The notes below the pieces were generated by a model that saw nothing but the letters and a program-made list of their open reading frames with translations, ran no database searches and had not been told where the DNA came from. The position numbers were made by a program, and so were the translations under genes. From Candidatus Eremiobacteria bacterium (GTDB taxonomy: Bacteria; Vulcanimicrobiota; Vulcanimicrobiia; Vulcanimicrobiales; Vulcanimicrobiaceae): a stretch of 64,000 nucleotides of DNA. Within the stretch, counting starts at the first letter, position 1, and each line of letters starts with the position of its first letter. Shown here piece after piece: positions 9,720 to 19,568 of the stretch. The stretch is taken from the NCBI GenBank assembly GCA_963737065.1, contig CAVTRC010000001.1, forward strand, positions 1,984,001 to 2,048,000, read 5' to 3'.

Positions 9720-12700
9720 CTACATGGCTTCGAGGAGTTTGCGCAGCAGCGGCATCCATACTGCCTCGGCGCTGGCACCCTTCACAAGCGCGGGTAAGTC
9801 GACGACGATCTTGCCCTCGCCGAAGCGGAAGCGGTTCTTCGTGAGCGACTGAAATTTCGGAATCATCGATGGATCGAGCGAAAATCCCGATCCGACGCCG
9901 AGCGTCAAGCGCTTCTCATCGACGACGACGCGCGTTACGTGTTTGTGCAGCGCGATTGCGCGCAGCTTGGTGAGCTCGATGAGGCGTTCCAGTGGAACGG
10001 GGAAAGCGCCGAAGCGATCGCGGACGCCGGCGCCGATCTCCTCGACTTCGCTTTCCGAGCGCGCCTTCGCGAGTTGCTGGTAAACCGCAATCTTCTGCGA
10101 GACCTGCGGGATGTAGTCGTTCGGAATGAACGCGCTGATCTTTACGTCGATCACCGCTTCACGCTGATCTTCGAGCGATGCCGTCATGCCGCGCCGTTCC
10201 GCGATTGCGTCGGCGAGCAGCTGGCAGTACGTATCGAATCCGACCGATCCGATGAATCCCGACTGCGCGGCGCCGAGCAGATTGCCCGCACCGCGGATTT
10301 CGAGATCGCGCATCGCGATTTGCAAACCCGACCCGAGGTGCGTGAATTCGCGAATCGCTTCGAGGCGCGCTTTTGCTTCTTCGGTCAGCGCTTTGTGGCC
10401 TTGATAGAGCAGGTAGCAATAGGCTTGATGGTTCGATCGGCCGACGCGGCCGCGCAACTGGTAGAGTTGCGCGAGACCGAATTTGTCGGAATCATTGACG
10501 ATCATCGTATTGACGTTTGGGATGTCGATCCCGTTCTCGATGATCGTCGTCGCGACCAGCACGTCGGTGTCGCCGTCGATGAACGACTGCATCACCGGTT
10601 CCAGTTCGTTCTCGTGCATTTGACCGTGACCGACGGCGATGCGCGCGCGCGGGACGAGCCTCTCGAGTGCGTTCTTCACGGCGTAAATCGATTCGACCCG
10701 ATTGTGCAAGTAGTACACTTGGCCGCCGCGGTCGAGCTCCGCCGTCATCGCACGCTGCACGATCGCGTCGCTCGCCGGCACGACGACGGTCTTGACCGAC
10801 ATACGGTTCTTCGGCGCCGTTTGGATGAGCGAGAGATCGCGAACGCCCATGAGCGACATGTGGAGCGTCCGCGGAATCGGCGTCGCGGAAAGCGTCATTA
10901 CGTCGACGGACGACTTATATTCTTTGAGGCGCTCTTTGTGCATGACGCCGAAGCGCTGCTCTTCGTCGACGACGATGAGACCGAGATCGGCGAAGGCCAC
11001 GTCTTTCTGCAGCAGGCGGTGCGTGCCGATGATGATGTCGACCTTCCCTTCGGCGAGGTCTTTGAGGATCGCGCGCGCTTCCGCTTTGCTCTTGAAGCGC
11101 GAGATCTCTTCGATGCGCATTGGGAAGCCGGCGAAGCGGGAACTGAAGTTGCGATAATGTTGATCGGCGAGCAGCGTGGTGGGGACGAGTACGGCGACTT
11201 GCTTCTTGTCCGCAACGGCTTTGAATGCGGCGCGCATTGCGACTTCCGTTTTACCGTAACCGACGTCACCGCAGACCAGACGATCCATCGGGCGCGCGCG
11301 TTCCATGTCGCCTTTGACGGCGTCGATCGCTTTTGCCTGATCGACGGTCGGCTCGTACGGAAACGCCTCTTCCATTTCGCCTTGCCACGTCGTGTCCGGC
11401 CCGAACGCGTGGCCTTTGCTCAGTTCGCGCTCCGCATAGAGTTGCACCAGGCCGTCGGCGATTTTCGCGAGCGATTCGGAGACGCGTGTCTTCGTGCGCG
11501 CCCAGTCGGCGCCGCCCATCTTCGAAAGACGCGGCACCTGCCCTTCGGCCGCGGAATATCTCGTCACCTGATGCATTTGCGTCACGGGGACGAGCATGCG
11601 GTCCGAACCGGCATAGCGCAGATCGAGATAATCCTGCGTTGCGCCGAGGATCGTTTCGGTTCGCAAGCCGAGATACTGGCCGATCCCGTGCACGGCGTGA
11701 ACGACGTAGTCGCCAACCTTGAGATCGGCGAGCGTAACGGGGACGCCTTCCTTGACCGCGCGCAGCTTCACGCGTTTCGGCGGCTGTCCGAAGATTTCTC
11801 GGTCGCCGAGCACACGCAGGCGCAAATCGGGAAACGCGAACCCGCTTTCGATCGAACCGGAATCGACGAAGATACGTTCTGCGTTGACCCCCGTTGCGCG
11901 CAGTACATCCTTCACCCGCGAGACGCCGCTGCTCACGATAAAGACGGTTTCGCGTTGCGCCGTCCATTCGCGCACGCTCTGTGCGAAAAGCTCGATCTGC
12001 CGGTTGAAGTGCTCTACCGGGCGGCATTCGAGCACGTACGTCCGGGTGATGCGCGGCACGAATCCGAGCGACTCACCGGTTTCGATCGTGCCCGGAAAAA
12101 CAAGTCCGGGATGCGAGGCGAACGCGGCGGCCATTTCGCGCAAACGCGGATGCGGAAATGCCACCTCGGCAAGAAGTGCCTCGTCGACTTCACGATCGCT
12201 CACCGAGAATTCGCCGGATTCAACGCCGGCGAGCAACACGCTCTGTTCTCGCGAGCGTTCTTCTTCGAGTGCGGCTTCGACCGTCGCAAGCATCGACGGT
12301 TCGTCGAGCACGACGATCGCGTCGTCACGCAGATAATCGAGCAGCGTCGCGCGCTCGTCGTACGCGAGCGGAAGCCACGACGCGGGAACTTCGTTATCCG
12401 TTTCGATGAATGCGGAGAGGACGTCACGCACGCGATCGGGTCCCTCGAATCGTTCGACGATCCGCTCGCGGTACTGCTGTTCGCGCGGAATCTCGCCCCA
12501 CGGGACAATCTGCACTTCGTCGAGCGATCCTTCGCTGCGTTGGGTCACGAGATCGAAGGGCCGAATGCTCTCGACCGTATCGCCAAAGAACTCGATCCGG
12601 GTCGGCACGTCGTCGGTTGCCGCAAACAGGTCCAGGATACCGCCGCGCACGGCGTATTCGCCGACCGCGCTCACGACGTCGGTGCGCACGTAACCCAAAT

Positions 12701-13226
12701 GATAGAGACGCCGGAGCGTTTCGTCCCAGCCGGCATCTTCGCCCGTTCGCAGCGTGAAGCGAAGCGACTCGAACGTCGAGCGCGGCATCATGTACTGGCG
12801 CAGCGCGATGGTCGGCGCGAAAATGATACGGCGCTTGCGATTGACGAGATCGTTGAGCAGCGACATGCGCGCGCTGCGCTCCGACGGCGATTCAATCGCG
12901 CCGATGGCTTCGTCACGCGAGCGCAGTAACGCGACGTCACGCGGTTCTCGCTCGCCTAGGTAATAGAGCATGTCGGCAAATGCGCGTTCCGCTACGTCGG
13001 TCGTCGGGACGACGACGAGCATCGGCGTCTCCAACGCTGCGTACATCGACGCAAGCAACGCCGGCCGAGCCGCCGCGATCGTTTCGTGCGCGGCATACGC
13101 GCCGCGACCCGAGCGCAACGATTCAATTAACTCGGCGAGCGGTCGGCTTTGCGAGCGGAGGATGTCGAGGAAAGCAATGTTCGGCGCAGCGGTTGAATGA
13201 GCGGGACGGCGTTGTTCGGCAATCAC
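9720..13226 (-). CDS. mfd: transcription-repair coupling factor
   Basis: GTG at 13226 overlapping upstream stop; AVRGGILDLF, GDYVVHAVHGIG, DRLVCGDVGYGKTEVA, DEEQRFGV, SATPIPRTL, QLRGRVGRS, RDLEIRGAGNLLG. Confidence 0.97.
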   Translation of the reverse strand: MIAEQRRPAHSTAAPNIAFLDILRSQSRPLAELIESLRSGRGAYAAHETIAAARPALLASMYAALETPMLVVVPTTDVAERAFADMLYYLGEREPRDVALLRSRDEAIGAIESPSERSARMSLLNDLVNRKRRIIFAPTIALRQYMMPRSTFESLRFTLRTGEDAGWDETLRRLYHLGYVRTDVVSAVGEYAVRGGILDLFAATDDVPTRIEFFGDTVESIRPFDLVTQRSEGSLDEVQIVPWGEIPREQQYRERIVERFEGPDRVRDVLSAFIETDNEVPASWLPLAYDERATLLDYLRDDAIVVLDEPSMLATVEAALEEERSREQSVLLAGVESGEFSVSDREVDEALLAEVAFPHPRLREMAAAFASHPGLVFPGTIETGESLGFVPRITRTYVLECRPVEHFNRQIELFAQSVREWTAQRETVFIVSSGVSRVKDVLRATGVNAERIFVDSGSIESGFAFPDLRLRVLGDREIFGQPPKRVKLRAVKEGVPVTLADLKVGDYVVHAVHGIGQYLGLRTETILGATQDYLDLRYAGSDRMLVPVTQMHQVTRYSAAEGQVPRLSKMGGADWARTKTRVSESLAKIADGLVQLYAERELSKGHAFGPDTTWQGEMEEAFPYEPTVDQAKAIDAVKGDMERARPMDRLVCGDVGYGKTEVAMRAAFKAVADKKQVAVLVPTTLLADQHYRNFSSRFAGFPMRIEEISRFKSKAEARAILKDLAEGKVDIIIGTHRLLQKDVAFADLGLIVVDEEQRFGVMHKERLKEYKSSVDVMTLSATPIPRTLHMSLMGVRDLSLIQTAPKNRMSVKTVVVPASDAIVQRAMTAELDRGGQVYYLHNRVESIYAVKNALERLVPRARIAVGHGQMHENELEPVMQSFIDGDTDVLVATTIIENGIDIPNVNTMIVNDSDKFGLAQLYQLRGRVGRSNHQAYCYLLYQGHKALTEEAKARLEAIREFTHLGSGLQIAMRDLEIRGAGNLLGAAQSGFIGSVGFDTYCQLLADAIAERRGMTASLEDQREAVIDVKISAFIPNDYIPQVSQKIAVYQQLAKARSESEVEEIGAGVRDRFGAFPVPLERLIELTKLRAIALHKHVTRVVVDEKRLTLGVGSGFSLDPSMIPKFQSLTKNRFRFGEGKIVVDLPALVKGASAEAVWMPLLRKLLEAM

Positions 13227-14512
13227 GAGCGCACGATTATACCACGCTTCAAGAGCGGCGCATAACCCAGAAGCGACGCGATCCCGAGTGCCAGCGTCGC
13301 GGCGCTGTTCGGCTCCGCAACCGCATCGGGGATATAGCGCAGCATGGTGGCCGCAGCAACGAGCGCGACACAGAGCGAGATACGATCGTCGCTCGACCAT
13401 GCGCCGAGCGGAAGCAGCCACAACGCATACCACGGATACGGGTTCGGAATCACGAGCCACACCGCGAGCGCAATCAACGTCAAGCGATCGACGTCGGTCG
13501 TTGCGTTGCGCGCGCGCAGCAACACGCCGCTCGCGACGGCGAGTGCGAGGAGCGGATGCAGTGACTGCACGGACACGATCGGCGCGTAGTGGCCGTGCGG
13601 TGCCAGGTCGTGTGCCGCTCCGTAGATCAGCGGGAGCGACGCACATACGACGACGGCGATGCCCGCTGCCGCCGCTGCGACGGCGCGCCAATCATGGTGA
13701 TCGACGACGCCTTTTATCGCGAGCGCGCCGCCCGCAAGGATTGCCGGAACCTTGATCGCCGCGGCGAGCATGGTAACGAACGCGCCTGCCGCGCGATTGC
13801 GGCGATACAGAACGACGCCGCAGAGCGCGAGCGCGAGCATCAGCGTGTCGTTGTGACCTTCCGCCGCCGCCCACAGTGCGATGGGATTGAGCGCAAAGAA
13901 TAATGCCGCGCGGCGTGCCCGCCGATCGCGTTCGTCAGTGCCACAGCGCGCAAGCAGATACGTGCACGCGATAAACGCTGTACACGAGAGCACGCGGAAG
14001 GCGTTGAGTTGTCCCGCGATGTTGAAGTGTTGCGTTACGACGGAGACGAACTGCGCGATCGCGACGAAGAGCGTGCCGTAGACACACACCGGAAGCGCGC
14101 CGCTCCATTGCCAGAGCGCCGCGCGGAAAATCGGGTCGTTCGTTGGAAGGGTGACGTGAACGTACGGATTGATGCCGATGCGCGCCATTTCACCGTACGC
14201 CGCGTACGCGTAGACATCGCTCGAGAAGAGCGGCAACCAAAAGAGAGCAGCGACGAGCGCGATCGATGACGCAGCAAGCGTTTCGCGAACCGGCTGCGCT
14301 GCACGCCGTAACGAGCACGCATACGGGATCGACGCCGCCGCGATGGCTCCGAAGAGCACGGCGATGAAGAGCGCGCCCGGGGGACCCCACCATGTGACGA
14401 CCGGTATCGGCTGGGCGAGGTCGATGACGAAGCGTGCCGGCGCGAAGCCCAGCAGCGTTCTGCTTACGAGGGCGCCCGCCGCAAAGATCGCCGCGGTCAA
14501 AATCAATCGCAC
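13223..14512 (-). CDS. GT-C fold membrane glycosyltransferase, MptB/GT87-like (polyprenyl-phosphate-sugar dependent)
   Basis: Polytopic; LFSSDVYAYAAYG, PVCVYGTLF, FALNP...EGHND, PYPWY motifs typical of this family. Confidence 0.72.
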   Translation of the reverse strand: MRLILTAAIFAAGALVSRTLLGFAPARFVIDLAQPIPVVTWWGPPGALFIAVLFGAIAAASIPYACSLRRAAQPVRETLAASSIALVAALFWLPLFSSDVYAYAAYGEMARIGINPYVHVTLPTNDPIFRAALWQWSGALPVCVYGTLFVAIAQFVSVVTQHFNIAGQLNAFRVLSCTAFIACTYLLARCGTDERDRRARRAALFFALNPIALWAAAEGHNDTLMLALALCGVVLYRRNRAAGAFVTMLAAAIKVPAILAGGALAIKGVVDHHDWRAVAAAAAGIAVVVCASLPLIYGAAHDLAPHGHYAPIVSVQSLHPLLALAVASGVLLRARNATTDVDRLTLIALAVWLVIPNPYPWYALWLLPLGAWSSDDRISLCVALVAAATMLRYIPDAVAEPNSAATLALGIASLLGYAPLLKRGIIVRS

Positions 14513-15796
14513 GTAGGGCTCGGTGTTCGCGCTGCCATCCCGATCGCGAGCAAAACGATCCACGGTTCAGCGATCTTCGGATAGAACACGAGGTAGTCCG
14601 CGAGTTGATGAATCGCAAGTGCAAGCGTCGCGGCAAATGCGGCAAGTACCCACGCCGACCGGCGGACCGCGGGCCAAAGTTGGACGAGCGCCACGCCGAC
14701 GAAGAACACGCGTTGCTGCGAAGAGCACGATGCCGCCCTCCGCAAGCGCTTGCAGGTACCAGTTGTTCGCGTGCGTGCGTACACCGTAGATTCCCGCTTG
14801 CGGAAGGCGGTTTTCGTAATTGCCGGCGCCGATTCCGAAGACGGGATGCCGGCGAAAGAAGAACAATGCGGCCCGCCACAACTCTGCGCGCTGACCTACG
14901 CCGCCCGCTCCTGCGAACGTGCTCGACGGGTTGCGAAGTATCGGAAGCGTGCGTGCCGCGTGCGCCCAGCCGGCGTCGAGAATTGCTCCGGCGAGCGCGG
15001 CGCCGAGAAACGGTCCGGTCGCGCGAAGTGCGTGCCGTTGCGCGGACAAGATGACAACGCCCGCGACGATGACGCAGCCCACGACTCCGCCGCGCGAAAA
15101 GCTCAGTAGCAGCGTCAATCCGATCAGCACGCAGAGGATCGCCGACGCGCGCGACGCCACGCGCGTCCGCCACGCGAGCACGATCGCGAGTGCGACTTCC
15201 AAGTAGCACGCAAGTTGATTGGGACCTTCCAGCACGCCGCTGATGCGCGGTGCGACGCCCGCTCCGAATACGATGTCCCACGGCGCACCGGTAAACTCTT
15301 GGACGAGCGCGCTGACGCACACGATGGCGATTGATACCTCGAATGCTCGTCGTATCAACGGATCGTCGCGCTCGATCGAAAAACCGGCGTATGCCGCGCA
15401 GAAGAACACGCCGTATTCGACCCATTTCAAAAACTCGCTCACGACCGAACCGCGCTGTTGCGCACCGATTGCCGAAAGCGCGATCGCAACGAGGATTGCA
15501 GCGAAGGCCCACAGCATCGCGCGCGCATCGCGGAGGGAATGCAACGCGGTGCGCCAGGACGGCAGCAACCCGACAACCACGGCCAGAACGACGATCTTCG
15601 GAAACGTGACGGTCGTTGTGCCGAGCGTGTGATAGAAGGCGAACGGTGTAATGAATCCCAACGCCGCGACGCCGAGTGCAGCGCGGCGCATCGTCGCCAA
15701 TGCGACGCCGGCGAAGAGTGCGGTGAAGAGTAAGAGCGCTCCGGGATCCAGCGCGGGATAGATAACGTACTCTTCCACCACGGGATGATAGTGCAC
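14503..15796 (-). CDS. O-antigen ligase family protein (frameshift near 14710)
   Basis: RISGVLEGPNQLA, SFSRGG, RAELWRAA, PVFGIGAGNY, HANNWYLQALAEGG; hydrophobic C-terminus continues in the 14503..14784 frame. Confidence 0.85.
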
Positions 15797-15800
15797 CGGT

Positions 15801-15871
15801 GGCGCCGTTCGAGACGGCGCTTCGACCCTCCTCAGCCTTCGGATGGCGCTTCGCGCCTGCGCAGGATGACA
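15801..15871 (-). repeat. two tandem REP-like palindromic units in a divergent intergenic region
   Basis: Minus strand: TGTCATCCTGcgcaggcgcgaagcgccatccGAAGG then CTGAGGAGggtcgaagcgccGTCTCGAA; shares the TGTCATCCTG...GAAGG ends with the 60.7/62.0 kb repeats. Confidence 0.6.
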
Positions 15872-15904
15872 ATTCCAATGGTAGCGACGAAACGGCTGGT
15901 CAGC

Positions 15905-17155
15905 ATGAACGAATCTGCAATGCGCCGCGCGATCGAGCGCAAACGTGAGGGCGAGGCGCTATCCGCCGCGACGTGGGATGCAATCGTCGAATCCTATATG
16001 GAAGGAGAGATCGGCGACGAGCAGATGGCCGCGATGCTGATGGCCTGTGTGTGGCGTGGGCTGAGCATTGCCGAAGCGACGGCGTTAACGCGGGCGATCG
16101 TTGATAGCGGTGCGACGATCAGCTATCCCGAGAGCGTGTTCGTGCTGGACAAACATTCCAGCGGCGGCGTGAGCGACGTCGTCTCGCTCGTAACCGTTCC
16201 GCTCGTTGCGGCATGCGGGGTGCCGGTCGCGAAGCTTTCCGGGCGCGCGCTCGGACACACCGGCGGAACGATCGACAAACTCGAAACGATTCCGGGATTC
16301 AACGTTGCGCCGTCGATCGAAGCGTTCATGAAGCAAGTCGAATGGATCGGCTGCGCGATCGCAGCGCAGAGCGAAGGTTTCGTTCCGGCGGATAAACGTC
16401 TCTACACGCTGCGCGACCGCACGGCTACCGTTCCAAGCATTGGTCTCATCGCATCGTCGATCGTGTCGAAGAAAATCGCGGGCGGCGCAAACGCATTCGT
16501 GTTCGACGTGAAGTGCGGATCCGCGGCATTCATGCACGATCCCGGCCAGGCGACGGACCTCGCGCAAGCCCTCGTCGCAATCGCAACGCAATTCCGCCGT
16601 AAAGCGCGCGCTATCGTGACCGACATGAACGAGCCCTTAGGCCATGCGATCGGGACCGGACTCGAAGTGATCGAAGCGCGCGACGTACTGCGCGGCGAGA
16701 TCGACGACGAACGCACGCGCGAGGGATGCCTTCGCGTTGCCGTTGAGATGCTGGAGCTCGCCGGTATCCACGAGCCGATGACCGCAGCCGTTACCGCTCT
16801 ACGCGAGGGCCGTGCGTACCAAAAATTCACGGCAATGATCGCTGCGCAAGGCGGCGACGTTGCAGCAATGGAACGGCTCGCGCCAAGCGCAACGGTCACG
16901 GAACTACGTGCGGAGCACGAGGGTTATGTCATAGAAATCGACGCGGTGACGCTCGGCAACGTTGCGCGCGAGTTGAGCGCGCACGATTCTGTCGCAGGGC
17001 TTCGTGTAAACGTGCGGGTGGGCGATCCGGTAAAGCGCGACGATGTACTCGCATACCTGTACGGCGCTCGCGCGCACGTTAGCCGCATCCACGATGCGAT
17101 TAGGGTTGCGAACGCCGCTCCGTCGCCCCGCCCGTTTGTGTACGCAAGGATCTAA
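15905..17155 (+). CDS. pdp: pyrimidine-nucleoside/thymidine phosphorylase
   Basis: DKHSSGGVSD, KLSGRALGHTGGTIDKLE, LYTLRDRTATV, SIVSKKIAGG, DVKCGSAAFM; deoB nearby. Confidence 0.92.
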   Translation: MNESAMRRAIERKREGEALSAATWDAIVESYMEGEIGDEQMAAMLMACVWRGLSIAEATALTRAIVDSGATISYPESVFVLDKHSSGGVSDVVSLVTVPLVAACGVPVAKLSGRALGHTGGTIDKLETIPGFNVAPSIEAFMKQVEWIGCAIAAQSEGFVPADKRLYTLRDRTATVPSIGLIASSIVSKKIAGGANAFVFDVKCGSAAFMHDPGQATDLAQALVAIATQFRRKARAIVTDMNEPLGHAIGTGLEVIEARDVLRGEIDDERTREGCLRVAVEMLELAGIHEPMTAAVTALREGRAYQKFTAMIAAQGGDVAAMERLAPSATVTELRAEHEGYVIEIDAVTLGNVARELSAHDSVAGLRVNVRVGDPVKRDDVLAYLYGARAHVSRIHDAIRVANAAPSPRPFVYARI

Positions 17156-18107
17156 CGGGCTCGGCACTTCGTTCGATATCGGTGATGAGATAGAGCGGCC
17201 GGCCTTTGACTTCGTCGTAAATTCGTCCGATGTATTCGCCGAGGATGCCGAGGCTGATCAGCTGAACGCCGCCGAGAAAGAGCACCGCGACGATCGTCGA
17301 CGCCCAACCGGGCGTGTAGCCGGGGGCGTTGTGGCCGAACAGTTTATAGAGTATGACGATCAACGCGTATATGAACGCGATGAGACTGCAAACGAAACCG
17401 AGATACGATGCGAAGCGCAGCGGCACATCGGAGAACGACGTGATACCGTCGACCGCGAAACGCAGCATCTTTTGGAAGGGATACTTCGTCGTTCCGGAAT
17501 GGCGAACATCACGGTCGTAATCGATCCCGATTTGATTGTAGCCGACCCAGCTCACGAGCCCGCGTAAGAAGCGATGGCGCTCCGGCATTCGCCTAAGCGC
17601 GTCGACGACGCGCCGGCTCATGAGCCGGAAGTCGCCGGTGTCGACCGGAATCGAGACCTTTGTGAGCCGCTTGATCGTGCGATAAAAGATGCGCGCGGTG
17701 AAGACTTTGAACGCGCTTTCCCCCTTGCGCGTTCGGCGCACGGCGTACACCACGTCATAGCCTTCATGCCACTTCTCGACGAACTGTTCGATGAGTTCGG
17801 GCGGGTCTTGCAAGTCGCCGTCCATCAGCACGACCGCATCACCTTGCGCGAGCTCGACCCCAGCCGTGGCCGCCAGTTGGTGACCGAAGTTGCGGGAGAG
17901 GTTCACGAGCACGACGTTCGCGTGGCGCCGCACCTCTTCGCGTATGTGCTCGAGCGTCCGGTCCGTGCTGCCGTCGTTCACGAGGATCACTTCGTACGTG
18001 GGCCGTTCCGGTAGACGCGTGGCGATCGAGACGATGCGCTCGACGAGAGGATGGACGTTGTCCTCCTCGTTGTACAGGGGCACGACGATGCTAAGCGCCG
18101 GATGCAT
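17100..18107 (-). CDS. GT2 polyprenyl-phosphate glycosyltransferase (GtrB/YkcC/ArnC-like)
   Basis: LSIVVPLYNEE, VNDGSTD, LSRNFGHQLA, MDGDLQDPPE, DTGDFRLMSR, two C-terminal TM helices, GEYIGRIYDEVKGRPLY. Confidence 0.9.
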   Translation of the reverse strand: MHPALSIVVPLYNEEDNVHPLVERIVSIATRLPERPTYEVILVNDGSTDRTLEHIREEVRRHANVVLVNLSRNFGHQLAATAGVELAQGDAVVLMDGDLQDPPELIEQFVEKWHEGYDVVYAVRRTRKGESAFKVFTARIFYRTIKRLTKVSIPVDTGDFRLMSRRVVDALRRMPERHRFLRGLVSWVGYNQIGIDYDRDVRHSGTTKYPFQKMLRFAVDGITSFSDVPLRFASYLGFVCSLIAFIYALIVILYKLFGHNAPGYTPGWASTIVAVLFLGGVQLISLGILGEYIGRIYDEVKGRPLYLITDIERSAEPVRSLRTQTGGATERRSQP

Positions 18108-18183
18108 GGCCGCGCGCCTTTCGACGCGCCACGCTCTCGCGCATGCACGGAACGACACCGTGTGAAGCGAACGTTAGCCGACC

Positions 18184-18747
18184 ATGCGATTCCGCGTCAT
18201 AGCGACAGTACTCACCGTCCTCTTGTCGGCTTGTGCGCTGCACGCCGATCGAGGTCAGGAATCATCACCGTCGCCGTCGCCCACGCCGTCACCCGCACCG
18301 TTCGTATCACCGGCACCTCGGGCGACGGAACAGTCCCCCGCGCCGCCGCTTCTCACGCCCTCCACAAACGCGTTACCCGCGGCAACGCCGCCGCCCGCCA
18401 CGGCCGTGCCTGGAGCGACGTTACCGGCATCGGGCGTCGTTACGCCATCGCAGCAAGCAGAAAGCGCGCCGCCGCAGATCGTTGACCTGCATCTCGACAA
18501 AACGGTGGTCCAGTCGGGTGAAGTGGTGTCCGGGATGGTCCTGACTTCACTGAACACGGCAAGCGTTGAAGCGCGCATCGGCGGCTACGGAATCTCCGTT
18601 CCGAAAGTCGGAGCGGGACGTTTTGCGATAAAGTACACCGTCCCGAGTGTGCCGTTCTTCCTCAAACGTACGTACGACATGGTCGTGATCGCACGCAACA
18701 CGGCCGGCGTAAAGACGCAGCGTACCGTGTCGATCACGATTCGCTAA
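18184..18747 (+). CDS. hypothetical secreted protein, Pro/Ser/Thr-rich linker plus C-terminal Ig-like beta domain
   Basis: Signal-like N-term, SPSPSPTPSP repeat, beta-strand-rich C-term ending TVSITIR. Confidence 0.65.
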   Translation: MRFRVIATVLTVLLSACALHADRGQESSPSPSPTPSPAPFVSPAPRATEQSPAPPLLTPSTNALPAATPPPATAVPGATLPASGVVTPSQQAESAPPQIVDLHLDKTVVQSGEVVSGMVLTSLNTASVEARIGGYGISVPKVGAGRFAIKYTVPSVPFFLKRTYDMVVIARNTAGVKTQRTVSITIR

Positions 18748-19568
18748 CGCGGGTCGGGCGTTCGAATGACGCTCGGCAAGTTCGGAAACGGTGCGGGGTT
18801 GTACGGGGTCGGAACGACGTCCGGCTGAATCTGCGTGCCCGGCCCCGACGTCTGATCGGCCCATCGGTACACGACATCGTTCACCGCGCGTACGTCGGCA
18901 TCCGTGACGACGATCGAATGCGCCGGCGCGTCTAATCCGCTTTCTTGCCGTTCTTCGGTCTGCGCCGATCCGCGCGTGTAGATGTAATGAAGCACGGTTC
19001 CCGATGCAAATCGGCGCACGATGCGAAAGTGAAGCGCATCGATGCGATCCATCCGAATTGCCTGGGGATTCCACGACGTCGTGTCCGTCGCAATGTAGAC
19101 TTGCGCATTGAGCGGCGTCGCCGGCGGCACTTGAACGGTGATTTGAAGCAACACCATCCTGCCGCTGAAGGTTTGCGGAACGCCGTTACTCGTTGTACCA
19201 ACGGTTTTCTGCGGCGCGAGATCCGGATTCGGCGACCACGGAGAGGCTGCGACAACGTAGGATTGCACTTGCGCCGAAAGCGGCTCGAGCGGCAGCGGCG
19301 TCTTCGAAAGGTCGAGCTCCGTCACGAGCCCGCTGTCATCGAACACCGCGCGCGCATAGACGCGCGGCTTCGGCTGTAGTTGCGTCGGAGCTTTCGTTGC
19401 ATCGTCGAGAATGCGAACGTTCGGCGCAACCTTGAAGCCGTTGCCGCTCGTGAAAAAGACGAAGCCTTGTTGGTACGCGAGCAGTTGACCGGTGATCGAG
19501 ACGGCGGGCGCGGCGCCGGCGATGACGACCGCGGTGACCAGAGCGAGGACTCGGCGAAATGCGATCAT
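18744..19568 (-). CDS. secreted protein with C-terminal CBM20-like (starch-binding-type) domain
   Basis: Signal peptide; ITVQVPPATP..QVYIATDTTSWNP...GTVLHYIYTRGS..TEE resembles CBM20-type modules. Confidence 0.55.
   Translation of the reverse strand: MIAFRRVLALVTAVVIAGAAPAVSITGQLLAYQQGFVFFTSGNGFKVAPNVRILDDATKAPTQLQPKPRVYARAVFDDSGLVTELDLSKTPLPLEPLSAQVQSYVVAASPWSPNPDLAPQKTVGTTSNGVPQTFSGRMVLLQITVQVPPATPLNAQVYIATDTTSWNPQAIRMDRIDALHFRIVRRFASGTVLHYIYTRGSAQTEERQESGLDAPAHSIVVTDADVRAVNDVVYRWADQTSGPGTQIQPDVVPTPYNPAPFPNLPSVIRTPDPR

Noticed and set aside
9939..12929. 996-aa ORF on the + strand opposite mfd, and similar long antisense ORFs over MATE, prsA, kamD, gmd and sucC
   Set aside because: Shadow frames expected from GC-rich codon bias; no motifs, and the opposite strand carries a clearly conserved gene
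13227..13691. N-terminal extension of the mfd ORF
   Set aside because: Arg-rich junk overlapping the GT-C gene in another frame; GTG at 13226 coupled to the upstream stop is more plausible
14700..14720. Phase variation of the O-antigen ligase by frameshift
   Set aside because: No homopolymer or microsatellite at the shift; more likely a sequencing indel, though reads should be checked
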